Shown piece by piece: positions 16,382 through 25,876 of a stretch of 64,000 nucleotides of DNA (position 1 is the first letter of the stretch; each line of letters opens with the position of its first letter). A program made the translations under genes and the position numbers. The notes below the pieces were generated by a model. It worked only from the letters and a program-made list of their open reading frames with translations. It was not told the DNA's origin and searched no databases. The stretch lies in NCBI GenBank assembly GCA_051869975.1, contig JBJEBK010000061.1, positions 36,461 to 100,460 on the forward strand. The letters are read 5' to 3'. The DNA is from Candidatus Cryptobacteroides sp. GTDB taxonomy: Bacteria > Bacteroidota > Bacteroidia > Bacteroidales > UBA932.

Positions 16382-17306
16382 TCAGCTTACAGTTTGGAAA
16401 TGGCGCTCTTCGGATTGGCGAAGCACAACCGGAACCGGGGTACACTCCCCTTCGTGCACGCTGAAGAACTCCAAATGGGCGAGTACTCCTCCGCTGGAAA
16501 GGCGTGTGCCTGTCGTAAGAACATAGTCGCCCTCGTCAAGTATGCCGTCCAGACTGCTCAGAGGAGTATCGTCAGAATCCTGACCGAATGCGCGGAGCAC
16601 AGCCCTGCCATCTTCCAATTTTGCCAGAGTGAAATGGCGATAATATTTCGGGTCGCTCCCGCAAACAAATTCTACCTGACCCTTCGGGGACTCCACGCTC
16701 TGCACTGCGCCGTCAAAATCCACATCCAGCCAGATGCCGTTTTCGCGGTATTGGGTCTTGCCCGCAACCTCGTCGATTCTTGCAGGGAAACCCAGAGCAC
16801 GGCACATAGCCACGAAGAAAATCCTCCGTGAACGGCGGTCCGTCATCCTTGAGCGCCAAACGCTCTGAGGCGGCATGCGCAGATTCTGAGGATTGCGTCC
16901 TTCGACGAGCAAAAGGCTGTCGCGCACCCATTGCACTACCTGCTCCGGGCTTTTGAGCCTTTGCGCTATCCCGCTGTCCAGCAACTCCTTGCGCAGCATC
17001 TGCAATGCTCATCCCCTTCACCCTGTTGCAGAGGGTGTCAGCGTAGCGGGTGCGGAAATTGTCCAAAGTCTCGTTGTTCACCCTCAGAGGCAGCACGAAA
17101 TGGCGGAATTCCCTTTCCGGCACATTCCAGGCCATTTTCTGTCTGACCTCCAAGGTCTTGGCAATGTTGTCCTCCCAATACTGCCTGCTGTAGTTCAGAC
17201 TGTCAGGCAGAGACATTGACTCGTACATCCACGCGAGGTATTCTTCCTTCCCCGGAGTGCAGGAAACAAGCAGGAGCAGCAAGGAAAAGATAATGGTCTT
17301 TTTCAT
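16382..17306 (-). pseudogene. transglutaminase-like lipoprotein gene, decayed (internal deletion plus frameshift)
   Basis: Two overlapping ORFs in different frames. 16713..17306 gives a sensible lipoprotein N-terminus (MKKTIIFSLLLLLVSC...EREFRHFVLPLRVNNETLDNFR..RVKGMSIADA) and then Ala/Arg/Gly nonsense. 16382..17005 gives a sensible C-terminal part (SRRIFFVAMCRALGFPARIDEVAGKTQY). The Cys-protease core expected between them is missing. Confidence 0.7.
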
Positions 17307-17322
17307 TCTGCTAAGATACGAT

Positions 17323-17330
17323 TATCTTTG
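17323..17330 (+). promoter_or_regulatory. -7 box (TATCTTTG) 4 nt upstream of the cutC ATG
   Basis: TAnnTTTG match. The spacing implies a leaderless transcript. Confidence 0.4.
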
Positions 17331-17334
17331 CATT

Positions 17335-17946
17335 ATGGAAAGATTTCTGGAGTGCTGCTGCACAAGTGCACAAGAGGTGAATTTCGCGCAGAAACACGGA
17401 GCGTCCCGCATAGAGCTCTGCGAAAGGCTTGAGCTTGGGGGAGTTACACCTTCTGCCGGGCTGCTCGATATGGCCCTTAGCCTTGCCGATATTCCCGTCA
17501 ATGTGCTGATTCGCCCCCGCGGAGGTGATTTTGTGTACAGCGAAGATGAAGTCAGACAGATGCTTCGCGACATAGAGATTTGCGCGGATAAAGGAGCGGC
17601 AGGAGTGGTTGTGGGGGCCCTTGACAGCAAGGGGGAAGTGGATATGTCGACTATGAGAAGACTCATCGGCAAAGCCCGCGAACTGGGTCTGTCAGTCACT
17701 TTCCACCGGGCATTCGATGTGTGCGCTGACCCTCTGGCGGCCTTTGACAGAGTGGTCGAACTGGGTTGCGACAGGCTGCTTACATCTGGTCATGAGGAGA
17801 ATGCCGTGAAAGGCCGGAATTTGATTGGGGAACTCGCGGCCAGAAAACAGCTGATTGTTATGGCCGGCTGCGGAGTGCGCCCTTCAAATGTGGCTCTCAT
17901 CACAGCCGACGAGTACCACGCCTCCTTCTCCTGGTTCAGGGAGTAG
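17335..17946 (+). CDS. cutC: CutC-family copper homeostasis protein, apparently missing about 40 C-terminal residues
   Basis: Start at MERFLECCCTS. Motifs: RIELCERLELGGVTPS, IRPRGGDFVYSEDE, TFHRAFD, LLTSGHE, MAGCGVRPSNV. It ends at ...DEYHASFSWFRE* just before the R3 and inverted-repeat block, at 203 aa versus roughly 240-250 for family members I remember. Confidence 0.75.
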   Translation: MERFLECCCTSAQEVNFAQKHGASRIELCERLELGGVTPSAGLLDMALSLADIPVNVLIRPRGGDFVYSEDEVRQMLRDIEICADKGAAGVVVGALDSKGEVDMSTMRRLIGKARELGLSVTFHRAFDVCADPLAAFDRVVELGCDRLLTSGHEENAVKGRNLIGELAARKQLIVMAGCGVRPSNVALITADEYHASFSWFRE

Positions 17947-17967
17947 GACATCCTGCCTGTCCCTTTT

Positions 17968-18006
17968 CACCCCTTTCGTACACCAGAAGGGCTTCTCCTG
18001 TACGGA
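17968..18006 (+). repeat. R3 repeat unit
   Basis: cacccctttcgtacaccagaagggcttctcctgtacgga. It is 50 bp upstream of the next unit (18018-18057), which forms the inner end of the right inverted-repeat arm. Confidence 0.7.
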
Positions 18007-18027
18007 TTGCCGGTTTTCACTCCGTTG

Positions 18028-18286
18028 GTACACCAGAAGGCCTCTTATGTACAATCCGGATGGGTGAGTGAAATTGTAACTTCTTAATACATAATATGTT
18101 AAAATTTTCGTATGGGGGTAAAACACCCCATACGAAAATCCTAAATAGTTGATTGTCAACGAATTACAATTTCACCTACCCTGCCGCCTTGTCAGCAGGG
18201 CGAAATAGCTTGGCGATACAACTCGGACAGGGCCGGGAATCTCAGTGATTTGATTAATCAGTAAACCTTGAGGTAAACCGCTTTCA
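18028..18286 (-). repeat. right arm of the long inverted repeat (core 18028-18249)
   Basis: Reverse complement of 15501-15722 with 2 mismatches. The outer 18250-18286 matches 15397-15436 less well. Confidence 0.9.
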
Positions 18287-18306
18287 GGACTGAACACGGG
18301 CAGCAG

Positions 18307-18361
18307 CCGGCCTCCGCCGTCGCGCTGAGGCGCGATTGTTAGCGGGGCCTCTGCTCCCGAA
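18307..18361 (+). repeat. partial copy of the 99-bp unit, inverted relative to the 16017-16255 array, abutting the stop codon of the glutamine synthetase gene
   Basis: ccggcctccgccgtcgcgctgaggcgcgattgttagcggg (41 nt) is identical to the minus-strand reading of the tandem unit, followed by 12/15 matches. Confidence 0.85.
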
Positions 18362-18362
18362 C

Positions 18363-20537
18363 CTAGCTGATGAACAGCAGTTCCCGGTACTTAGGCAAAG
18401 GCCAGAGGCGGTTGTCCACAATTTCCTCCAGTTCGTCAATCGGTTTGCGCAGAGCGTAAAGCAGCTGCGCAACTTCGTGGTAGGCAGATGCCTTGGCGTA
18501 TTCGCTGTCCTGAGCGCCGGCCCTTTCCATAGCCTCCTTCATCACTGACATCTGCTTCTGCAGCTCTTCCAGACACTCATTGAGCCTGCCGACAGTTGTC
18601 AGTTCAATTGCGCATCCATCCAGGTTGCCGAAAACCTCCTTATTGAGCGCCAGCTCCTTCAGAAGCCGTTTTTTGTACTCCAATGCCGCCGGGAGGATAT
18701 GGTTCACGGCCATTCGGCTCATCACCTTGGCTTCAATCTGAATCTTCTTCGAATAGGTCTCCCATTTCACCTCATTGCGTGCCTGCAGTTCGTGCAGGGT
18801 ATAAACTCCCGTTGTGGTGAACATCTGCACCGAAGCCGCTGAGAGAAACTCCTTTATCATCTCAGGTACGCTGGTCTGCACATCCAGACCGCGCCTTGCT
18901 GCCTCCTGCTTCCAGGCATCTTCGTAGCCGTTGCCGTCAAAGCATACCACATCCAGAACAGAAGCTATAACAGGCTTGAGAGTATCCATAACGGCAACGT
19001 GCAGGTCCTTGCCCTTGCCCAGCTCGGCATCAAGGTCCTTCTTGAAGATGAGAAGCTGCTCTGCCACAGCCGCATTGAGGGTTGTCATAGCACCTGCGCA
19101 GTTGGCACTCGACCCCACTGCCCTGAACTCGAATCGGTTGCCCGTGAACGCGAAAGGCGAAGTGCGGTTGCGGTCGGTATTGTCCACAAAAATCTCGGGA
19201 ATCTCCACCAGCCCGACCTTTTTGCCCTTCTTTCCCGCAATCTCGATTGGAGTGTCGGAAGGCAGTTCGAGCAGTTTGTGCAGCACATCCGTCATAGTCT
19301 TTCCCAGGAAAGCGGACACTATTGCAGGCGGAGCCTCATTTGCCCCGAGCCTGTGGGCATTGGTCGCACTCGCGATGGATGCCTTGAGCAGGGCGTTGTG
19401 CCTCTGAACGGCGGCAAGAACATTCACGAAGAAGGTAAGGAACATAAGGTTCCCCTTTTCGTCCTTGCCCGGTGCGAGCAGCTGCACGCCCGTGTCCGTT
19501 CCAAGCGACCAGTTGTTGTGCTTGCCGGAACCGTTGACCCCCTCGAAAGGCTTCTCGTGAAGCAGAACGACGAAACCGTGCCCCCGCGCGATTTTGTCCA
19601 TCAGGTTCATAATAATCTGGTTCTGGTCGTTGGCAAGATTGGTCTCCCCATAAATTGGCGCCAGCTCGAACTGGTTAGGCGCCACCTCGTTGTGCCTGGT
19701 TTTGAGAGGGATGCCAAGCTTGTGCCCGGCAATCTCCAAATCGCGCATGAATTCAGCTACGCGTGAAGGGATGGATGCGAAATAATGGTCATCCAACTGC
19801 TGGTTCTTCGAAGAATTGTGCCCCATAAGGGTGCGCCCGGTAATCATAAGGTCCGGGCGGGCCGAATACAGGCTTTCATCCACCAGAAAATATTCCTGCT
19901 CCCATCCGAGATAAGAGTAAACCTTGGTAGCCTTGGGGTCGAAGAGCTGAACAATGGGAACCGCCGCATCCGAAACCGCCTTGAGCGCCTTCTTCAGAGG
20001 TGTTTTATAGTCCAGAGCCTCTCCGGTGTAGGCTACGAATACCGTAGGTATGCAGAGCGTGTCATCCTGGATGAATACCGGAGAAGTCGGGTCCCAGGCG
20101 GTGTAGCCGCGGGCCTCGAAGGTTGCGCGTATGCCTCCGTTGGGAAATGATGAGGCGTCCGGCTCCTGCTGCACCAGGGATGAGCCGTCGAAGCTCTCTA
20201 TGACCCCTCCCTTTCCGTCATATTCAAGAAGGGAATCGTGTTTCTCGGCAGTCCCTTCCGTGAGGGGCTGGAACCAGTGGGTAATGTGGGTTACCCCGTG
20301 CTCCTGGGCCCATTGTTTCATGCCTGCTGCCACTCTGTCTGCAGTGGCGCGGTCAAGATTCTGTCCTCCTTCAATACAATCCAGAAGAGCTTTGAGCGTG
20401 TCGGCATCGAGATAGCGATGCATCTTGGCACGGTCAAAGACGAGCTCTCCGAAATACTCGGAGGGCCCTACTTCCGGACGGTCGGCAGGAATGGCTTTCT
20501 TTTCGAAAGATTCCTTAACGAGATCCGCTCTGTCCAT
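18363..20537 (-). CDS. glutamine synthetase type III (GlnN type)
   Basis: 724 aa. N-terminus FGELVFDRAKMHRYL. Motifs: HNEVAPNQFELAPIY, NGSGKHNNWSLG, and a long C-terminal extension typical of GSIII. Confidence 0.9.
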   Translation of the reverse strand: MDRADLVKESFEKKAIPADRPEVGPSEYFGELVFDRAKMHRYLDADTLKALLDCIEGGQNLDRATADRVAAGMKQWAQEHGVTHITHWFQPLTEGTAEKHDSLLEYDGKGGVIESFDGSSLVQQEPDASSFPNGGIRATFEARGYTAWDPTSPVFIQDDTLCIPTVFVAYTGEALDYKTPLKKALKAVSDAAVPIVQLFDPKATKVYSYLGWEQEYFLVDESLYSARPDLMITGRTLMGHNSSKNQQLDDHYFASIPSRVAEFMRDLEIAGHKLGIPLKTRHNEVAPNQFELAPIYGETNLANDQNQIIMNLMDKIARGHGFVVLLHEKPFEGVNGSGKHNNWSLGTDTGVQLLAPGKDEKGNLMFLTFFVNVLAAVQRHNALLKASIASATNAHRLGANEAPPAIVSAFLGKTMTDVLHKLLELPSDTPIEIAGKKGKKVGLVEIPEIFVDNTDRNRTSPFAFTGNRFEFRAVGSSANCAGAMTTLNAAVAEQLLIFKKDLDAELGKGKDLHVAVMDTLKPVIASVLDVVCFDGNGYEDAWKQEAARRGLDVQTSVPEMIKEFLSAASVQMFTTTGVYTLHELQARNEVKWETYSKKIQIEAKVMSRMAVNHILPAALEYKKRLLKELALNKEVFGNLDGCAIELTTVGRLNECLEELQKQMSVMKEAMERAGAQDSEYAKASAYHEVAQLLYALRKPIDELEEIVDNRLWPLPKYRELLFIS

Positions 20538-20542
20538 AGGTC

Positions 20543-22183
20543 TTATTTTTTATTTGGTTCTTCCTTCTTTTGGTCTTTCGTGTAGAGATAGCGCTTGATT
20601 TTTTGGGTTGCTGTCTTCTTGAAAGGCTCCTTCATCACTACTACTTCCTTAATCTTGGAGAACTTGCTTACATTCTCGTTCACGAAGTCCACAATAGCTT
20701 TTGTGCGGGCTTCCATATCTTCAATGAACTTGTCCTGGCCTTCGAGGTTCCAGTCAATCACATTGTCGTTGAACTGTACGAGTGCCACCAGGTGGCCATC
20801 CCTTTCAATCACAAGGGACTCGGTTACATCGTTGATATTGTTGATGACGCTTTCGATTTCTTCCGGATAGATATTTTCTCCTGATGCGCCTACGATTACG
20901 GTCTTGAGCCTTCCCATAATGCTGTAGCGGCCTTTCCTGTCCACCTTGGCAAGGTCTCCGGTATGGAACCATCCGTCCTCTTCGAGCACGCTGCGGGTGC
21001 GCTCGTAATCCTTGTAGTAGCCCAGCATCACATTAGGGCCCTTGGCTACGAGTTCACCTTCCCCGGTTGCAGGGTTGACATTGTCGAGACGCACGCAGAT
21101 TCCGTATGACGGCTTGCCTGTACTTCCGAGCACCGGATGTCCCGGCTTGGCTCCGCAAATCAGAGGCGCAGTCTCGGTCAGTCCGTAGCCTGTGACATAA
21201 GGAAAATGGGCCTTCTTCAGGAAGTTCTCCACCTGAGGGTCGAGCTTCGAGCCGCCTATTCCGTAGAACTGCAGCCTGCCTCCGAAAGTTTTCTTCAGCT
21301 TCATTCCCACGAGCCTGTAGAGCAGGGCAGGGAAATGGTCCTTCAGGAAAGTGAGGAATTTGCTCTTTGCCACCGTCTTGACCACGCTGCTGCGGTACAC
21401 CTTCTCTATGATGAGCGGCACGGTGAGCATTGCGTGAGGCCTGACCTTGCGCATTGCGTCAATGAGTATGGTAGGCGTCGGTAGTTTCTGGATATACCAC
21501 ACGCGCGCGCCTCCCGCAAACGGGTAGAGCATACCTATGCTCATCTCATAAGTATGAGCCATAGGCAGTACGGAAAGGAAAGCCATCCGCTTGTTGATGT
21601 GGAAATTGTGCCAGGCTTCCAGAATGTTCCAGCAGAAATTGCTGTGGGAGAGCATAACTCCCTTGGCGTTGCCGGTGGTTCCCGAAGTATAGAGTATGGC
21701 AGCAATGTCCATAGGGTTCGGATTTTTGACATTGCCGTCGCAGGTATATGCTTCGCTGTCCACCTTTATGAAACTGAAGTCGTCCAGACAGATGACCAGT
21801 TTGAGTTTTGTCATCCTTTCCGCACTGATTTTCGCTTTCTGCTTGGCGCTGACGAAAACCACTTTGGACTCGGAATGTTCCAGGATGTTCTCCACTTCGG
21901 TGGGAGAGAGCTCGGGAAGCATAGGGACAAGAATGCGTCCGAAAGCCGTAGTCGCAAAGAATGCAATGGTCCAATTCGGCATACTCTCGGAGAGAATTGC
22001 CACCTTGTCTCCGGCATTGACCCCGAAGCTTGAGAGTTTGCCGGAGAGGCTGTCCGCCCTTTCCTTTATCTGGGCATAGGTATATGTCTGTCCGCCTTCA
22101 ATGAAGCCTGAAGCGTAGCGTTTGGCGTATTTTTCGGTCGCGTAATCATACACTTCCGCAAGGGTTGAAAACTTGAATCTCAT
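20543..22183 (-). CDS. AMP-dependent synthetase / long-chain fatty-acid-CoA ligase
   Basis: YTSGTTGNAKGVMLSH, GYGLTETAP, GWFHTGDLAKVD. Confidence 0.85.
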   Translation of the reverse strand: MRFKFSTLAEVYDYATEKYAKRYASGFIEGGQTYTYAQIKERADSLSGKLSSFGVNAGDKVAILSESMPNWTIAFFATTAFGRILVPMLPELSPTEVENILEHSESKVVFVSAKQKAKISAERMTKLKLVICLDDFSFIKVDSEAYTCDGNVKNPNPMDIAAILYTSGTTGNAKGVMLSHSNFCWNILEAWHNFHINKRMAFLSVLPMAHTYEMSIGMLYPFAGGARVWYIQKLPTPTILIDAMRKVRPHAMLTVPLIIEKVYRSSVVKTVAKSKFLTFLKDHFPALLYRLVGMKLKKTFGGRLQFYGIGGSKLDPQVENFLKKAHFPYVTGYGLTETAPLICGAKPGHPVLGSTGKPSYGICVRLDNVNPATGEGELVAKGPNVMLGYYKDYERTRSVLEEDGWFHTGDLAKVDRKGRYSIMGRLKTVIVGASGENIYPEEIESVINNINDVTESLVIERDGHLVALVQFNDNVIDWNLEGQDKFIEDMEARTKAIVDFVNENVSKFSKIKEVVVMKEPFKKTATQKIKRYLYTKDQKKEEPNKK

Positions 22184-22194
22184 AATCCACTAAT

Positions 22195-23055
22195 TTAACG
22201 CTTTTTTTCGATATGTTGCGATCTTCGCCACTGCTTTTCGTTTTCTTTTGCAGTTTGCTGCTCTCCGGCGGCCAGGGCGGCCTTGCTGAATTTCTCCCAA
22301 ATGATGTCGAGAGCCTTTTCGCTCGGGTGCAGCAGGTCGTCTGCGTAGAAACGGTAGTCCCGCAGTTCATCCGTAAGGATTTCGTAGGAGGGGAAATATG
22401 ACGCCTCCGGCGCCGTGCTGAGGGCATCATCCAGCCCGAGCAGCAGAGTAGCCTTGCTGAGGGTACTTGCGTGAGCCCCGTCTGCTCCCGGATGGCGTAT
22501 GGGGCTGATGCTGAAGATAAAACGCTTGTCGGGATGTGCGGCCACCAGACCAGAGGTGACGCGGGCGCATTCTTCGGCCGGAATCCTTCTCCTTTCGAAT
22601 TCGCAGGCCGGACGCTTCAGGCAGTTGGCAACCACCCTGTCACCGCAGCTCCAGACGAAGGCCGAGTCATAGTTGACAATCACGAACTCTGCCTCCTTCC
22701 AGAAGCGGCAGGCCTCCCTCAGCTTGCCGTTGGCATTTTCCAGAAACTCACCGGCAGTTTTCCGGGCAAAGGAAGTATGATGGCTGAATGAGCATACCAA
22801 ACCGGCGCCAGCACCCATTTCCACGCAATCTTCCGGCCCGAAAAGGTCCCCGGAGTCCAGCCTCCGGACGGCTTCTTCTATGGAAAGGGGATTGTAGAGG
22901 GTGCCGAATGGGTTAATCATAGCTTTGTAGCCGTGGCGCAGCAGCCTCTCGCCCATAGAGTCGGCAAAGCAGCTGCCCAGCACCATCACCTTGTCTTCCA
23001 GGCTCAATTTTCTGCTGAAATCCGGAATCTCAACTTCGGTAAAAATCTTAATCAT
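22195..23055 (-). CDS. GSCFA-domain protein
   Basis: Start at MIKIFTEVEIP, with a TATTTTTG box 4 nt upstream. The eponymous VLGSCFADSMGERL motif is present. Confidence 0.75.
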   Translation of the reverse strand: MIKIFTEVEIPDFSRKLSLEDKVMVLGSCFADSMGERLLRHGYKAMINPFGTLYNPLSIEEAVRRLDSGDLFGPEDCVEMGAGAGLVCSFSHHTSFARKTAGEFLENANGKLREACRFWKEAEFVIVNYDSAFVWSCGDRVVANCLKRPACEFERRRIPAEECARVTSGLVAAHPDKRFIFSISPIRHPGADGAHASTLSKATLLLGLDDALSTAPEASYFPSYEILTDELRDYRFYADDLLHPSEKALDIIWEKFSKAALAAGEQQTAKENEKQWRRSQHIEKKR

Positions 23056-23079
23056 AGTACAAAAATAGAAAAAAGTGCA

Positions 23080-23118
23080 TATATTTGCATTAACAACCCT
23101 GTTAAACATAATTGTTAA
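23080..23118 (+). promoter_or_regulatory. -7 box (TATATTTG, 23080-23087) plus palindromic candidate TetR operator TTAACAA-n15-TTGTTAA (23090-23118)
   Basis: TAnnTTTG match. A 7-bp perfect inverted repeat ends at the tetR-family ATG (23119). Confidence 0.35.
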
Positions 23119-23721
23119 ATGACAAAGGAAGAAATCATTTTCAAAGTAGCCGAGGAAGAATTCATCAGCAACGGCTATCTGTCCACCTCAATGGTGACCG
23201 TAGCCAAAAGGGCAGGAGTCACCCACGCTATGGTCAATTATTATTTCCGCTCCAAGGAACAGCTCTTCCTGAAGATACTGGATGCCCATATTTCGCGTTT
23301 CGCAGTGTCCCTCAGGGATGCAATGCATGAAGATGAAGTATTTCTTCAGAATATCGTAAATGCTGCCGATGCGCTTTTCACCTCCCTCAACGAAGACAGG
23401 GATTTCCTGTTTCTCATTCAGGATGTAATCCGCACTTCGCCCGAATTGCTGGACCGGTATTCGGAAGGGGCCCACACTGCAGTCAAGTCAGTGATGGATG
23501 AGCACTCCAGGCGTCTTCAGTCGGATATGGAAGCCGGACGCATCAAGCCTGCAACTATGCCCGAAATACTCGAAACCATATTCGCGCTGGTGGCCTCGCC
23601 TTTCCTTATGATTCCTGCACTTGAGAATCTCTGCCGCTTCAGCGAAGAAATGATAGATGAGTATCTGGAGCGCAGACGCAAAGAAACAATAGAGATTATT
23701 AAAGCAAGATACTCGATATGA
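23119..23721 (+). CDS. TetR/AcrR-family transcriptional regulator
   Basis: HTH STSMVTVAKRAGVTHAMVNYYFRSKEQLF. First gene of the efflux operon, with a 4-nt overlap with the next gene. Confidence 0.85.
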   Translation: MTKEEIIFKVAEEEFISNGYLSTSMVTVAKRAGVTHAMVNYYFRSKEQLFLKILDAHISRFAVSLRDAMHEDEVFLQNIVNAADALFTSLNEDRDFLFLIQDVIRTSPELLDRYSEGAHTAVKSVMDEHSRRLQSDMEAGRIKPATMPEILETIFALVASPFLMIPALENLCRFSEEMIDEYLERRRKETIEIIKARYSI

Positions 23722-24977
23722 AAAGCAGTTTGTTGACTGTCGCCCTATGTGCTCTGCCGGCCTTTGGCTTTGCGCAGACCACTTTGGATGATTGCATACG
23801 GATGGCTTATGAGAACCATCCTCAGATTGAGGAGTACTCCCTGATTGAGGCATCAAGTCAGTATGACATCAAAAATGCCTCCCTCGCGTGGGCTCCCCAG
23901 CTCAATATCTCCGGCAAGGCCACCTGGCAATCCGCCGTGGTGGAGATGCCTTTCGATGTGATGGGAATGAATTTCGACATTCCTCACGACCAGTATGGCG
24001 TTACCCTTGACGTGACCCAGCCCCTTTGGGACGGAGGTGCCGCTTCGATGAAACGCAAGCTTGCCGAGGTCGGGGGTGAAGTTAAGAAGAGCCAGCTGGA
24101 TGTGAATCTGTATTCCATCAGGGCCCGGGTGCAGAACATCTACCTCGCCATTGTGCTTCTGGACAAGCAGATAGAGCTGAACGCTCTGCTGTCGGACAAT
24201 CTCCAGAGAAGCCTCGCAGAACTCGAAGCCCTGCAGGAAGCGGGCGTGTCGCTTGCAAGCGACAAGGACCAGCTCAGGGTCAGCATTCTCACCTGCGAGC
24301 AGCAGGATGTATCCCTTCAGACCGACCGCAAGGCCTATGTGCGTATGCTCGGTATGTTTACCGGCTGCGATTTGAGCGAAGCCGTCTTCTGCGAGCCTGA
24401 GGTTGAGGCGGAAGCCTTTGACGCCCAAAACTGCAAACGGCCTGAAATCAAACTGTACGAGATGCAGCACAAACAGCTTGAGCTCCAGAGGGAGCAGCTG
24501 GGCACTACGGTTCAGCCCCGGCTCAATCTCACTCTTCAGGCAGGATACGGAAGACCGGGCCTGAATATGCTTTCGGGCTCATTCGACCCTTATTTTGTGG
24601 CCGGCCTCAAGCTGCAGTGGAACATCAGTTCCCTCTATACCCTCAAGAATGACAGACGCAAGTTCCTGGCGGAAGAAAGCCGCATTGACCTGGCCCGCGA
24701 GAGTTTCCTGCTCAACACCTCGGTTGAGGCTGAGCAGAAGATGGGGGAGGTGCACAAGGCTGCGGATGTGCTTTCCCGTGACGGAGAAATCATAGGTCTG
24801 CGCCAGCAGATACGCGAAAGTGCCGAGTGCCAGTACAAGGAAGGGGTGTTGAAGATGAATGACTACCTGAACCTTCTTGACGAAGAGTTCAAAGCCCGTC
24901 TGAACGGCAGCATACACAGCATCCAATATACTATGGCGGTGCTTGACTATCAGAATACAATAGGAAACGAATACTAA
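23718..24977 (+). CDS. TolC-family outer membrane efflux protein
   Basis: Signal peptide, two-repeat OEP-like layout, and operon context with HlyD and ABC genes. Confidence 0.8.
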   Translation: MKSSLLTVALCALPAFGFAQTTLDDCIRMAYENHPQIEEYSLIEASSQYDIKNASLAWAPQLNISGKATWQSAVVEMPFDVMGMNFDIPHDQYGVTLDVTQPLWDGGAASMKRKLAEVGGEVKKSQLDVNLYSIRARVQNIYLAIVLLDKQIELNALLSDNLQRSLAELEALQEAGVSLASDKDQLRVSILTCEQQDVSLQTDRKAYVRMLGMFTGCDLSEAVFCEPEVEAEAFDAQNCKRPEIKLYEMQHKQLELQREQLGTTVQPRLNLTLQAGYGRPGLNMLSGSFDPYFVAGLKLQWNISSLYTLKNDRRKFLAEESRIDLARESFLLNTSVEAEQKMGEVHKAADVLSRDGEIIGLRQQIRESAECQYKEGVLKMNDYLNLLDEEFKARLNGSIHSIQYTMAVLDYQNTIGNEY

Positions 24978-24985
24978 TTCACATT

Positions 24986-25876
24986 ATGCAAAACAGATTC
25001 TTTACGATACTCGCAGCCGCCTTGCTGCTTGTTTCCTGCAAACACGATATTGACTTTGACGCCTGCGGCCAGATTGACGCCGTGCAGGTGACAGTTTCCG
25101 CCGAAAGCAGCGGCAAAATCCTCTCTCTCGATGTCGAGGAGGGCGACCGCCTTACGGCAGGCCAGATGATAGGTGCGATTGATTCCGTTCAGACCGCGCT
25201 GCAAATCAAGGAGCTGCGCCAGCGAATCGAGGGCGCCCGCACCCGTCTCGTGGATATTGAGGAGCAGAGCAGGCCGAACAGGGAACAGCTCCAGAGTCTC
25301 GAAAACGACCTTGCGCGCTACTCCAAGCTGCTCGCCAGCAATGCTGCCACCCAAAAGCAGGTGGATGACCTTCGCGACAAGATTGCCATACTCAAGGCCC
25401 AGATTTCAGCCCAGCAGCAGAGCTGGGAGCAGGGCAACAGCAATGTGCTCTCCGAAATAGGCACTTACGAAATCCAGCTTGCACAGCGCGAAGACCAGCT
25501 CTCAAAGTGCCGGATTACAGCTCCTGTGGACGGTACTGTGCTCAGCAAATATATGGAGGCAGGGGAGAGTGTCAGCACTGGCAAGCCGCTGCTTCGCATA
25601 GCAGACCTTTCGCATACCTATGTGCGCGCCTATTTCACCACAGCACAGCTTTCAGGTCTGCACCTCGGAGATGAAATGACTGTGATTCCGGATGACGGCA
25701 CAGCATCTCCCAAGACTTACAAGGGTCGCATTACCTGGATTTCAGAGCAGGCCGAATTCACCCCCAAGAACATACAGACCCGCGACGAAAGGGCAGATTT
25801 GGTATATGCGGTCAAAGTGGCCGTGCCTAACGACGGAGCTCTCAGACTCGGAATGTACGCATACGTAAGAAAATGA
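24986..25876 (+). CDS. HlyD-family membrane fusion (periplasmic adaptor) protein
   Basis: Lipoprotein-like N-terminus (LLLVSC), a coiled-coil hairpin region, and a beta-barrel motif ITAPVDGTVL. Confidence 0.8.
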   Translation: MQNRFFTILAAALLLVSCKHDIDFDACGQIDAVQVTVSAESSGKILSLDVEEGDRLTAGQMIGAIDSVQTALQIKELRQRIEGARTRLVDIEEQSRPNREQLQSLENDLARYSKLLASNAATQKQVDDLRDKIAILKAQISAQQQSWEQGNSNVLSEIGTYEIQLAQREDQLSKCRITAPVDGTVLSKYMEAGESVSTGKPLLRIADLSHTYVRAYFTTAQLSGLHLGDEMTVIPDDGTASPKTYKGRITWISEQAEFTPKNIQTRDERADLVYAVKVAVPNDGALRLGMYAYVRK

